Origin: a virus
Lineage: Duplodnaviria; Caudoviricetes
Strand: one strand, 5' to 3'
Length of the DNA stretch: 52,578 bases
IMG/VR virus record: IMGVR_UViG_3300025141_014116
Location: 1-52,578 of that record
Shown: in pieces, positions 27,917 through 37,613 of the stretch
How positions within the stretch are numbered: the first letter of the stretch is position 1
How the letters are laid out: each line of letters begins with the position of its first letter
Program-made: the position numbers and the translations under genes
Notes under the pieces: model-generated
Told to the model about the DNA's origin: nothing
What the model saw: the letters and a program-made list of their open reading frames with translations, nothing else
Databases searched by the model: none

Positions 27917-27924
27917 TAATTAGT
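27917..27924 (-). promoter_or_regulatory. Candidate late-promoter motif ACTAATTA
   Basis: In the 48-bp gap upstream of the gp25-like gene, 18 nt before ATG; 7/8 match to the motif at 4452-4459 (21 nt before ATG). Confidence 0.3.
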
Positions 27925-27946
27925 CTATAGGAATATTTAGATCCCA

Positions 27947-30900
27947 TTAAGAAGGGGGCCATGACCTTTCTGTGCACGCTGGGTCCACCACCACTTGGGA
28001 CGATGGGAATTGTGATAGCTGCAATAAAAGATAAATTATACCGAAAGGAGTAATCGGCGGAATCGCAAAAATATATGGAATAGACCCCTCTAAATCTATC
28101 CCATCCTTTACAGAGATTATAGGTTTCATGGATGCGGGGAAGTCGGAGGGATAGTGCTCGTCGATCCCCTCACGGATCAGGCCGAGGACGTCCTCCAGCG
28201 ACAACGGAATACTTGGAATCACGGCATTCGGGTCGCCGGCTAAGGACATATCTTGTACTTCGGGGCCCCAGCATGGAGCGCCCGGGGGATTGAGGCCTGC
28301 CATGGCTTCCGAAATCCCTCCGACACCCTCAGCGATGGCTTTAAATTGTTCTGCCGATTCGATAGACTGAAAAATCTGTTTAGACACATCGCGAATGACC
28401 TTAGCCACAATCACATGAGGCTCTGTAAGCTCCACCACGCCCTTGAGGATTTGCTTGGGGGTCTCCTTCAGCATTGTACTAATGAATGAGGTACCTAGGT
28501 TGCCCAGCTGGCTTGTAAGGCCGTCCATGGCGCTATTCTGCAAGGCACTTACGTCACAATTGCTTGTAGCGGTATAATCATCCCCTGCAAAAGCTGCTTG
28601 CAATGCTAGAACGATAATTTCCTTTGTATCTGCAAACATCTCTGTGGAGTCGAAGTTCCCAAATAGCGTTTGTATTTCACCTATGAGATAGAGGAATTGA
28701 AGCACTCTTCCCACATCCAACAATTGTTTATTACCAAAAAGGCGTTGGACTCCCGCATACGACGCAAGATTTTGAGCCATCTGCTCTCGGTGATTATCGT
28801 AGGTATCATCAATAAATGCAGAAAAAGAAGCATTAGGAAAGGTCTCAAGATGATTTGTGAACTTATCTCCAAACAAAAGGTCGGAGACGTCGATACGTGT
28901 ACTGTAGGGGGTTGCGATATGAGCAAGGTACGTAGGCATATCTCCGTCAAACTTATAGAAAAAATACGACTTATATTGTTTTATTATATTGCTGTCCACC
29001 CCGTTCAGCAGGTTTACCAAGGTACGCGAGTGGCCATTGTTGGGGTATGCACGTATAGTAGCGTCCGTGCCGTCAACCGTGGCCGCGGCAGGACTCAGAG
29101 ATACGAGACGAGTACCCATTTCTACGATAGGAAATATTATTTGCAGCGCGTCGGAGATCGCGTTGCCCGATGGCTGGCCGGGATCCTGGATCAACGGGCC
29201 GTCGATATCTTGCTCCCGCAAAGCTGCTAGCAACATATTACCAAGAGACGTCTGAAGTTCTTCCTCTGTTTCATAGTCGTCAAACATGTTTACTGCCGCT
29301 TGGCGCATTCCGGTCCAGCCGGCTTGGGAGACTGTGACGCCAGGGATGGTGCCCGGGGACCAGGCCCAAGAGAGGAATGGATATACATTATTATTGCTCA
29401 CGTTGGTCGCACCCGTCGTCCCAACGCCGCCGCCTAATTCAATTCCGTTTTTATCGTGTTTTGCCTCGAGGTACACATAGATGCCTGCCTCGTCGCAGTC
29501 GACGAGCGGGTCAGCGTCGGTGAAGTACGAGCTGTGGTATATTCCGGACTCCGGCGCAGCTGCTTTCGGGTAGACTTTTTCCATTCGAGCCACAACGCGA
29601 TAATTCTGGGACTCAAACAAGGTATACCAGTTCTCGTTATGAGTGCCGCCTTCAGGTGTTATTTGGCCGTTGTACCATTTTGCGCCTGCGTTCCACATGA
29701 CCACGTGGCCAAGCCCAGTGCGGCGTTGTGAGGTGACTTCGGTGGTGGGGTCTAAGTACTCAGCGTTGGCGTTGAGCATCTTGCCGCGGCGGCTGCAGTA
29801 ATTCAAAAAGCGCAGGCGCGCTTCAGCCAGCACCTTGGTGCACTGCCGCTCGGCAACATCGGCGAATCCATAATCTCCTCCTGTCCGTATAGGATTCCAC
29901 GCCTGTCGTGTAATTCCTGCTTGTTGATCAACAATATTCTCCCCATATGGAAAATTGCCAAATTTTTTGTCAACTAGGTCTCTTAACTGCATTACTGGCC
30001 ATGAAGACTTAAATACTAAGTCGCCACTACAGGTGATGCTTACTTTCTTACTATCACGAGGAGTGTCAAGGTGACCCGATTCGACTATGCGTTTCTGGAA
30101 ATCCATGGTCCAGTTTCGAATTAATGTATAGTCCGACATGAGGTACGGGTTCGATCCATTATCCCCAGAGCCCCATGGAATAGGATCGTTAATATCAAAG
30201 TCAGGATTTGCAGGATTGATACCTAAATACATGCCCATACTTTGCCTTCGTTGGCGCCAGCCGGGCATTTCGTCATTAAACCAAGCATAAAAAGTAGTAT
30301 CATTGTTGCCTCGGGCGGTCGCTTCGGGCGAGCACAACTCGTTAGCAGCTGCAACCGAGCCGCGCCAAGTTGCGCCATCCGCGTCGCCAACATATTCCCT
30401 TATTTTAGAATTAATCTTATAAGGAGTGGTGCCTCGCAAAGAGAAGGGAAGCGGCAGGAATCCCTGTATCCGGCCGTCGGCTAATTGTGCAATTGTCGCA
30501 AACATCCTTTTAAACGCATCAAAGCCAATATAATATGTATTAATCTCATCGGTGGACTCGACGCCGCTCTGGTCCAGGGCGGCGCTCTGGTATGTGGTGA
30601 ACCCTAATCCTTCGAGGGGGGTTTGGCGTTCCAGGGTCGCCGCGATTTCGTTCAGGCGCCCGGCAGCGAGCTGTAAAGTTGAGTTTCCCGAATTTTGGAT
30701 GGTCGCGATCAATTCATTTATTTTCGTCAGATTGACCTGAATTTTAAAGAACTTTTCTAGTACGAGTCCTCCGTACGTCATAAACGAGTCAACCTCTTTA
30801 TTGGCTTTGATGACCTCTGCTGACTCATCTGTATAGTCCGTGCCGCGGCGAGTTACATAATTATCCCATATCTTAGACCCTTCATTCACATAGTTATGAG

Positions 30901-33900
30901 CAAAGAAAAAATAATTCCTCGGGGTGCGCGTGTCTTCCATCCCTGAGGATTTCTGCCATGTCGCGATCGCATAATCCGGGTCGTCCGTCGGAAGACCATT
31001 TGTGATAGTGCCGTACTCTACTTCCGCGTCGTCGTCGTACGGTCTCATAAGTGGCAGCTCATCTGCAGCGTCAATCAGTTCCACGTGAGGAATTCCATGA
31101 ATTAAGAAAGTCTCGATCGTATTATTTCCTAACAACTTAAAATATTCGTTAATGGTGGGGCCGGCTTTGAGCAGCCGGTTTTCAAAAAGATATCTCACCG
31201 CAACTGCTTGCAGGGCCGAGTTCTCGATACTGGGTGACATCGAGATGGGTGGGTCCGCGGACCATGCAGCTGTCAAACTTGTTATAAGGTTGACCTCGTC
31301 GCTGCCATACCCCCACACATTGGCTGGCTCGCCGGAGATGGGGAGTAAGAAGCTTCCATTAGCTTGGACTTCTCTTTTTATAATTTTCTTTACTGTCAGC
31401 GCGGCTCCCTTGCCCACAATCGGAGGTATCCCCGGAACTTCAATTGCGATAAAGCCTTGATGAATGCGTCGGGTTATCGTCTGCGATGCCAATTCCTTCA
31501 CAATGGTTTCCTGTTCCCCACCCGAGAAAAAATTTATACCAAACTCGCTTACAATAAAAATATTCTTAAGAATAAAATCCACAACCAATACTTGCATATA
31601 TGCATTTACGAGGCCAAGTATCCCAGCATCGCGGACGGGTCCTAATTCAGTTTCTTGATCGGAACATCCATTATCCACGAACTCTTGAAGCGACTCTCTT
31701 TTAATTTGATTCGCGTCAAGGAGGTCTATATCACCGGGTTGGCCGTCGCTGCAAAACTTGGGGAATAGGCTAAAATTTTCAAGCGCGCGTGGAGAAAAAA
31801 GATCAGAGTTCGCAATTTGGTAGGCGAACATGTTAATAAGTGAAAAATAAGCAAAAGGATATATTTTTTTAGTATAAATGGCCGCGGAAGGGAGCGATGG
31901 CGAAAGGCCATGGGAACCTAAGACGTCTAGTACTGACTCCGGGCCGCTGGCTATCGCATGCAAAAAAGACTCGCCCTCTAGAATTCGGGCTGATATTTGG
32001 TTAGGAGTTGAAGCAGGGCCCAGAAGAGCGTTAGCGGCCGTACCAGTAGTGGCATTTATATCCCCTGCGGTTATTACGTCGTTGAAAATATTTATGGTAT
32101 CCCCGTATACATGCGTGCCCTCCTCGTTCGCTAGCTGAGGATCACCGGGGGAGCCGGGGTTGCCTGAGCCTTCTATGTTATAGACCACCGTTTTACCAAA
32201 CCCAGTATTGGCCGCATTCGCTCTAATATTAACTAAAAATGCCCAATTTCTGACAAGATCTTGGAGGTTGGCATTCAAGGGATATTCCGGGAGGCCGTGT
32301 TGATCGAACAATGGGCAGCTGCCCACTATATAGTCCTCAATAGTTTCGTATAGCCGTTGAGTGGCCGGCGCGACGGCCCAGGTAAGGGCCGCGGTCATAG
32401 TACTAAGTGATTGGTTTTGAGCATTTTTGATAGCATTATCAAGGGTCTGCTGAAGGCCGCCGAACTCTCCATATGTGCTAGAGACTTGAGCGGGAATTAA
32501 ATTCTCCATCATGGAGCCCAGACCGGGCGGGCCGTCATTGGGGATTCCAGAAGCAAAGGGTCCCGTGTTCATGGCGTCTTGAAGTTGTTCTAGTTTTTCT
32601 TGAAGTTCGGCATTTGCTGGTTCATTGGGGTCCGGGATTATAAGCTGAGTTTTGTACGCGCGAAGATCAGTTAAAAAAGATTGTTGTACGGGGGACAATA
32701 CTGCATCGATAAGTGAGATAACGGAGTGGTTATAGCTCGCGATATCGGAAAGGCTCGGTACAATGCCGGCGCCGCAAGCCATATCCGCGGCAATATCCTT
32801 GATTCCATTTAAAATATCTAGCAAGTCATCAAAGGCATCTCCCAGAGCATCTTCAATGTCGCAGGGATCTATGCTTGTCAACTCAGGCACCAGTGAATCG
32901 TAAATGCCAAGACAATATGCAGGATCAACTAAGTCTCCCAAGCATCCAAAAAATACTTCTAGTTGCCCAATGTTAAATTCACTATCGACCACAAATGTGT
33001 CATGAACCGATTGGTATGACGGTCTCTTTAGTAAATTGGTTACAATCTGTAATACTTCATCAGACGCTGTACGGTTAAACAGATCGCAGGCTTCTCGAGC
33101 CGTAATCAAGGGTGCCAGGGCCTCTAAAAAACTTGTAATCTCTATGATGTTAAGCCCAAAATCTTCATAGCAATCTTGAGCAGTAGTAGCAATACTGGTA
33201 GGATTAGGCCAGGAATCAATAATGTGCGGTAATGGTTCTGAGGGAGGCGCCGTTTCGGCATCTTCTGTTAAGCATAGGTCCCGGATTAACTCTGCTATGG
33301 CTTCCATGGCTCCGTATAAGGCACTCATTGCGGCGCTCTTAAGGCCGGCTTCAATTTGAGCTTGGAGTTCTTTATTTATACTAATAATCGGCAATTTCAT
33401 GTTCACTGCCGGGAAGCGGATCTTAATTTGAGGAGGGGAGGGGAGAAGAGGGTCGATCCCCGGAACGAAGTCTGGCATTGCTCCCTGAAAACCTAGTCGG
33501 TATAAAAGACATTCGAGGGCCGCTTCCAAGAGTACATCAATCTTCCATGTTGCAAGCCATTTGGAAAACTCAGCGGTGCTGTCCGCTACCTTTTGAAGGT
33601 CCTTTGTTGCTTTTTCCAAACGTTTATTTAGGGTGTCCTCTACGCTTTTCATCTCTTTTTGGCGCGCCTCAAGAAAGGCCCGATTTAATACATCAGGCTG
33701 CTTTGCAAACGCACTAAAAATAGTTTTTTCGGCAGATGTTTGCCCTAAGGGCCCCGCTTCACCTTCTTGGCTTTGTGTGGAGGCAAGATTGGCAACTGTA
33801 TTGGTTTTGGGCGTACCAAAGTAATCTACCTCTATACCGGCATTTGACAAAAACGCATCAACAAATTGAGTCCAGTTAAGTTGGGTACGGCGGCGATTGG

Positions 33901-34792
33901 CGAGTGTATCAAAATGAGTAAGGATCTCGATTACATAGGGATTTGTGCCCTTAGGGGGCTTCCACTCCGGTCGAAGGCGTCCGGGCGCTAGCGGGCCTGC
34001 CGGGCCGGCGACGGCCCCAAAATAAAATTCAGTTCCTTTGTTGAGGATTATAGAATCAGCGTTAGTATCTTCTAGCGTTATGGCGCCCTCGGCCTGGGCA
34101 TATGCTACTCTTTTGGGGGGAACCAGAAAGTTAGTTTTATAGAGCTGGACCGCAACCACACGAGGATCTTGTTTGTGCAACCTCAGGCGCATCCACGTAA
34201 AATTAGACTTTTTTAATCCATTAAAATTAATAAATGCATCTAAATGTTGAAAAAATTGTTTAACACGATGATAGAGAGCGGCAAATTGAATTGCCGGGGT
34301 GATTGACCCCTGAAAAAACTTCACTTGCTGATCGTATATTTTGAACGCTGTGTCTAGATTTTTAAGGAAGACTGGGATCTGGCTAAACCGAATATCAACA
34401 TCAGCCCAGTGGGGAGCAGATCCTCGTAGGTCCACGAGTTGGGCCATGGTGCGTACACCGCGGTTGTACTCTGGGTTCGAAGCTATCGATTCGTTTGTCT
34501 TTGCTGTCAGCAATACAACAGGATTAGCCAGCTGACGTTTAGGAAAATAAACATTTTTAACCTCTAAATCATCAGGACCTAGGGCGTCAGAAGAAGATCC
34601 ATAATAATCCAGGATGGTATCTACGGCCCAGGTTCGCAAAGAGAGTGGAGCATAATTGTCAATATCCGGGAGGTTGCGTTCGATGACCGGCGAATACATA
34701 GTAATGTAAACAGTATCAGTGCCGTCCGTGTATGGCTTATTAATTTGGCGATGATACCAATTGCGTTTTTTGTGACGTGGTTCGATTGACAT
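27947..34792 (-). CDS. Very large hypothetical virion protein (2281 aa), largely helical and acidic
   Basis: Uninterrupted ORF between the spike-like and gp25-like genes; scattered Cys, coiled-coil segment and hydrophobic C-terminal IFAIPPITPFGIIYLLLQL. No family recognised. Confidence 0.55.
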   Translation of the reverse strand: MSIEPRHKKRNWYHRQINKPYTDGTDTVYITMYSPVIERNLPDIDNYAPLSLRTWAVDTILDYYGSSSDALGPDDLEVKNVYFPKRQLANPVVLLTAKTNESIASNPEYNRGVRTMAQLVDLRGSAPHWADVDIRFSQIPVFLKNLDTAFKIYDQQVKFFQGSITPAIQFAALYHRVKQFFQHLDAFINFNGLKKSNFTWMRLRLHKQDPRVVAVQLYKTNFLVPPKRVAYAQAEGAITLEDTNADSIILNKGTEFYFGAVAGPAGPLAPGRLRPEWKPPKGTNPYVIEILTHFDTLANRRRTQLNWTQFVDAFLSNAGIEVDYFGTPKTNTVANLASTQSQEGEAGPLGQTSAEKTIFSAFAKQPDVLNRAFLEARQKEMKSVEDTLNKRLEKATKDLQKVADSTAEFSKWLATWKIDVLLEAALECLLYRLGFQGAMPDFVPGIDPLLPSPPQIKIRFPAVNMKLPIISINKELQAQIEAGLKSAAMSALYGAMEAIAELIRDLCLTEDAETAPPSEPLPHIIDSWPNPTSIATTAQDCYEDFGLNIIEITSFLEALAPLITAREACDLFNRTASDEVLQIVTNLLKRPSYQSVHDTFVVDSEFNIGQLEVFFGCLGDLVDPAYCLGIYDSLVPELTSIDPCDIEDALGDAFDDLLDILNGIKDIAADMACGAGIVPSLSDIASYNHSVISLIDAVLSPVQQSFLTDLRAYKTQLIIPDPNEPANAELQEKLEQLQDAMNTGPFASGIPNDGPPGLGSMMENLIPAQVSSTYGEFGGLQQTLDNAIKNAQNQSLSTMTAALTWAVAPATQRLYETIEDYIVGSCPLFDQHGLPEYPLNANLQDLVRNWAFLVNIRANAANTGFGKTVVYNIEGSGNPGSPGDPQLANEEGTHVYGDTINIFNDVITAGDINATTGTAANALLGPASTPNQISARILEGESFLHAIASGPESVLDVLGSHGLSPSLPSAAIYTKKIYPFAYFSLINMFAYQIANSDLFSPRALENFSLFPKFCSDGQPGDIDLLDANQIKRESLQEFVDNGCSDQETELGPVRDAGILGLVNAYMQVLVVDFILKNIFIVSEFGINFFSGGEQETIVKELASQTITRRIHQGFIAIEVPGIPPIVGKGAALTVKKIIKREVQANGSFLLPISGEPANVWGYGSDEVNLITSLTAAWSADPPISMSPSIENSALQAVAVRYLFENRLLKAGPTINEYFKLLGNNTIETFLIHGIPHVELIDAADELPLMRPYDDDAEVEYGTITNGLPTDDPDYAIATWQKSSGMEDTRTPRNYFFFAHNYVNEGSKIWDNYVTRRGTDYTDESAEVIKANKEVDSFMTYGGLVLEKFFKIQVNLTKINELIATIQNSGNSTLQLAAGRLNEIAATLERQTPLEGLGFTTYQSAALDQSGVESTDEINTYYIGFDAFKRMFATIAQLADGRIQGFLPLPFSLRGTTPYKINSKIREYVGDADGATWRGSVAAANELCSPEATARGNNDTTFYAWFNDEMPGWRQRRQSMGMYLGINPANPDFDINDPIPWGSGDNGSNPYLMSDYTLIRNWTMDFQKRIVESGHLDTPRDSKKVSITCSGDLVFKSSWPVMQLRDLVDKKFGNFPYGENIVDQQAGITRQAWNPIRTGGDYGFADVAERQCTKVLAEARLRFLNYCSRRGKMLNANAEYLDPTTEVTSQRRTGLGHVVMWNAGAKWYNGQITPEGGTHNENWYTLFESQNYRVVARMEKVYPKAAAPESGIYHSSYFTDADPLVDCDEAGIYVYLEAKHDKNGIELGGGVGTTGATNVSNNNVYPFLSWAWSPGTIPGVTVSQAGWTGMRQAAVNMFDDYETEEELQTSLGNMLLAALREQDIDGPLIQDPGQPSGNAISDALQIIFPIVEMGTRLVSLSPAAATVDGTDATIRAYPNNGHSRTLVNLLNGVDSNIIKQYKSYFFYKFDGDMPTYLAHIATPYSTRIDVSDLLFGDKFTNHLETFPNASFSAFIDDTYDNHREQMAQNLASYAGVQRLFGNKQLLDVGRVLQFLYLIGEIQTLFGNFDSTEMFADTKEIIVLALQAAFAGDDYTATSNCDVSALQNSAMDGLTSQLGNLGTSFISTMLKETPKQILKGVVELTEPHVIVAKVIRDVSKQIFQSIESAEQFKAIAEGVGGISEAMAGLNPPGAPCWGPEVQDMSLAGDPNAVIPSIPLSLEDVLGLIREGIDEHYPSDFPASMKPIISVKDGIDLEGSIPYIFAIPPITPFGIIYLLLQLSQFPSSQVVVDPACTERSWPPS

Positions 34793-34796
34793 TTTC

Positions 34797-35771
34797 CTAG
34801 TTTACATGATTGAGCGCGCTCAATACATATTTTTCTCCGAGCGGGCTAAAATAGTTATTTTTGTCCGTAGCTTTGTTAACAACCATACTAAAGGCCGACA
34901 CCTCGGTCGTGGCTACTAGTTGAAAAGTGCTTTTGATGCCTTCAAACAATAGATTAAAGGACATCGAAGTTGGGGATCCCCAAAAGGGAGAATTATGATT
35001 ATGTTCCGTTAGCTTCTGGTTGAGGCCTTTCTGATACTTAATAAACGAACTGACGACCTCCCGCAGATCATCGGTTTCAGCTGCAACTGTGGAAAGAGCT
35101 TCGAGCATGTTCTCTCCCAATACCATGGGCTGCAGACCTCCTGCTCCTCCTGCTATTATATCGACACCGGCATTTGTCATGGTACGATTGGACGAAGAGC
35201 TGCGGGGATCTGAGCCCGCTACTATTTTAATTCCAGCATCCCGAGATACGAGACGAATAGCGTCTGCTTTCAACCCTATAACAGAGGTGCCCATATAGTT
35301 TCCAATAGACCCCTCGGGGAGACCGCCCGCCATAAGATTATCATCCAAATCTGATTTTTGAGATACATACACCTTCGCAGCATCTAAAATCATATTGGGA
35401 TTATTGTATAAAGAGTTCCCCTCCGCATCCACATTGGTTGCATAATCGCCCATAGAACCGGCGGTTATATCGATGGCGCCTGCAGGGACTCCTTCGCCTC
35501 CGTATCCACTAAACAGATCGCCCGGGCGGTCGACTCCTATACATATTCCTGCATTAGTGAGTCCACACAAGTAGGTCTCAGCCGGGGCGAGATTGCGCTC
35601 GGGGGTACGATCCAATGTAGGCCTGCAGCCTAGGCCGGACTGGTCTATACGGGCTGAGGGGGCTGGTTTTGATGCTGACCCGTTTCTGTTTACAAGAGAG
35701 TCGCCGGCGACGTCGGTTATCTCGGAAAGGAGCTTGCGAAACGGGCTAACATATTTCAAATAGTTTTTCAT
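34797..35771 (-). CDS. Putative baseplate central spike / gp5-gpV-like protein
   Basis: Short beta-repeat segments (IGLKADAIRLVSRDAGIKIVAG), QPMVLGENM and an HxH motif (EHNH, 34995-35003) like the iron-binding motif of P2 gpV / phi92 gp138; located between the lysin and wedge genes. Confidence 0.55.
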   Translation of the reverse strand: MKNYLKYVSPFRKLLSEITDVAGDSLVNRNGSASKPAPSARIDQSGLGCRPTLDRTPERNLAPAETYLCGLTNAGICIGVDRPGDLFSGYGGEGVPAGAIDITAGSMGDYATNVDAEGNSLYNNPNMILDAAKVYVSQKSDLDDNLMAGGLPEGSIGNYMGTSVIGLKADAIRLVSRDAGIKIVAGSDPRSSSSNRTMTNAGVDIIAGGAGGLQPMVLGENMLEALSTVAAETDDLREVVSSFIKYQKGLNQKLTEHNHNSPFWGSPTSMSFNLLFEGIKSTFQLVATTEVSAFSMVVNKATDKNNYFSPLGEKYVLSALNHVN

Positions 35772-37312
35772 TATACTGCGCTTGGGAGGTTCAAAGGAAT
35801 TTCCTGGGGGTTGTCGGAAGCTTCAAGGTGCTGTACTATCGCTTTAAAATACGCGAGGGCAATCATATCTTGTCCTGTATGGCTGGACTGAATTTGGGCA
35901 TCTTCTAAGTTGGTGAAGAATCCTATTTCCCCTAGGCACGAATCCATTCTTGTTTGGCTAAGTACATAAAAATTGGCCTCGTAATCATGCTTGTAAGTTT
36001 GTGTCGCCTGTAGGTATTTCGGGTCGAACTCTTTGCATGTCTGCAGCTGCTTTGTCTTTTTTCGGTTCATCTGGGGCGACCCATCGTCGTTCCACAACGG
36101 GGTGCAATCTATTGTCTTCCACTTGCTGCTAGCTGCATATTCCTCGCCGCGGCGAGATTTTACTTTCATGCCGGTTGCCGTCGACTTAAAGGAGTTATAA
36201 AGAGTGTCCCCGAAGGCATCGCTGCCGTCGCTGCCTCCGGAAGTGAAGATGATCACGCCGCGGGTTTTGTTCCCGTTGCCAGCTGCGAGTTCCTTGCTCG
36301 AGCCGGCTGCGTTTCCATGTAAACTAATATACAGCGAATCTTTGGGCTCTTTGTTGGCATATCTTGTGCGGGCTCTGAGAGAGACGTTAGATTGCTCTAA
36401 GTCGTAGAAGGTAACTGGCTTATCAATCTTTTTGCCGGCAACTACATCATGGACTTCAACTTCTTGTTCCTGGATGGTGATGGCTTCTTCATGTACGTCA
36501 GTGGTGGGGGTTGTTATATTCAGCAACATGTTAATCAGCCTCCACGCGACCTCTCTATTATATTCTCCCTCAAAAAGAGTATTTGGATCTCCGTGAGCAC
36601 TCAAAGGGGGGCCGCTATAGTTCTTGAATGTATATTTTTTCCCCTCCGAAGGTTTCATTTGGTACTTCTCTCCCACCATACCTCCATGACCATAATCAAT
36701 GTAAATTCTTTTGTACTTAGGCTTATTTTGGCCGGTCGAGCTCGGTAAATCCTCGAGGGAGACGTCCTCTCGGAATAGGTCAGGCTTCGGGCTGCTCAGA
36801 TCTTCGGCTAGTTCGGCCTCCATAAGATGTTGCACGTTCATATCCAAGGCACTATTAATACGACCTACGTCTAGGGATCCTGCGCTAAATGTTGCACTCA
36901 CCAGAGCACCTGTCACAATTTTTCCATTTAACGATTTATCGTAGAAAAACTCAGGATATACATCGATTAGCGATTGGGCGTGAGAATCTCGTGGATCGAC
37001 GGTGCGTGGTATGGGCAGCAGTGTAGTATGAAAATTATCCATAATCATCAACTTCGCTATTTGTGCATCATCGTCGGGCAGGCTGTCGCTCGTGCTCTGG
37101 ATTGCTGGATCAAGACGAAGGACGATGCCTACAACCGAATCAGCGTTTCCAAAAGCTGAGGGGGTTGCTGCATTCAAAATGGTCCTACGTATTACATCAA
37201 AAGAACTCTCAAAACGAGTATCAATTAAAGCGCTAGGAATCCACTTAGGCTTCGGAAACATATCATACAGAGTTCTTAATGTGTGGTTCGGCAGCTCGTC
37301 GTTTTTACCCAT
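35771..37312 (-). CDS. Putative virion-associated N-acetylmuramoyl-L-alanine amidase (Amidase_3) with a non-catalytic N-terminal domain
   Basis: IYIDYGHGG, FEGEYN, LRARTRYAN, YISLHGNA and NFYVL..T.MDSCLGEIGFFTN give all three Zn ligands (H, E, H) and the catalytic Glu. Start set at ATG 37312 (GAGG upstream) rather than GTG 37327. Confidence 0.85.
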   Translation of the reverse strand: MGKNDELPNHTLRTLYDMFPKPKWIPSALIDTRFESSFDVIRRTILNAATPSAFGNADSVVGIVLRLDPAIQSTSDSLPDDDAQIAKLMIMDNFHTTLLPIPRTVDPRDSHAQSLIDVYPEFFYDKSLNGKIVTGALVSATFSAGSLDVGRINSALDMNVQHLMEAELAEDLSSPKPDLFREDVSLEDLPSSTGQNKPKYKRIYIDYGHGGMVGEKYQMKPSEGKKYTFKNYSGPPLSAHGDPNTLFEGEYNREVAWRLINMLLNITTPTTDVHEEAITIQEQEVEVHDVVAGKKIDKPVTFYDLEQSNVSLRARTRYANKEPKDSLYISLHGNAAGSSKELAAGNGNKTRGVIIFTSGGSDGSDAFGDTLYNSFKSTATGMKVKSRRGEEYAASSKWKTIDCTPLWNDDGSPQMNRKKTKQLQTCKEFDPKYLQATQTYKHDYEANFYVLSQTRMDSCLGEIGFFTNLEDAQIQSSHTGQDMIALAYFKAIVQHLEASDNPQEIPLNLPSAV

Positions 37313-37613
37313 CGCTCTGATCCTCACTTAAGAGATCAAATAATTGTTCTTTATCATCGGCTGTTAAGCCAAACTGCTCTGATTTTTGTTTTTGAATTAT
37401 CGCCGCCAATTTCACCATTTGTTCATTAGAACGTTGCAGGTTTTCTACATATTTGGCGGCAATAGGCCCGAGGTCCTTCCGGGCGGCGTCGGAAACTTTC
37501 ATATCACTAATCGCATCCATAAGCAATGATTTTGCCATGGCCCGGTCTTCGCGAATATTCGTGGTAGTTTCCCCGATATATTCTTCTAATTTTAAAGGTC
37601 GCCTTTTTCCCAT
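37305..37613 (-). CDS. Hypothetical helical phage protein
   Basis: 102 aa overlapping both neighbours in operon fashion; amphipathic helices. Confidence 0.6.
   Translation of the reverse strand: MGKRRPLKLEEYIGETTTNIREDRAMAKSLLMDAISDMKVSDAARKDLGPIAAKYVENLQRSNEQMVKLAAIIQKQKSEQFGLTADDKEQLFDLLSEDQSDG

Noticed and set aside
28670-29230. 186-aa plus-strand ORF, and the other plus-strand ORFs in the track
   Set aside because: All are antisense shadows of long, motif-bearing minus-strand genes; none has a recognisable family signature.
991-37312. Interpretation as a bacterial contractile injection system, tailocin or T6SS next to an LPS locus
   Set aside because: Flanked by phage-type RuvC, a probable primase and a sigma-like gene, with one-strand dense packing and no housekeeping or T6SS membrane genes; a large phage is more parsimonious.
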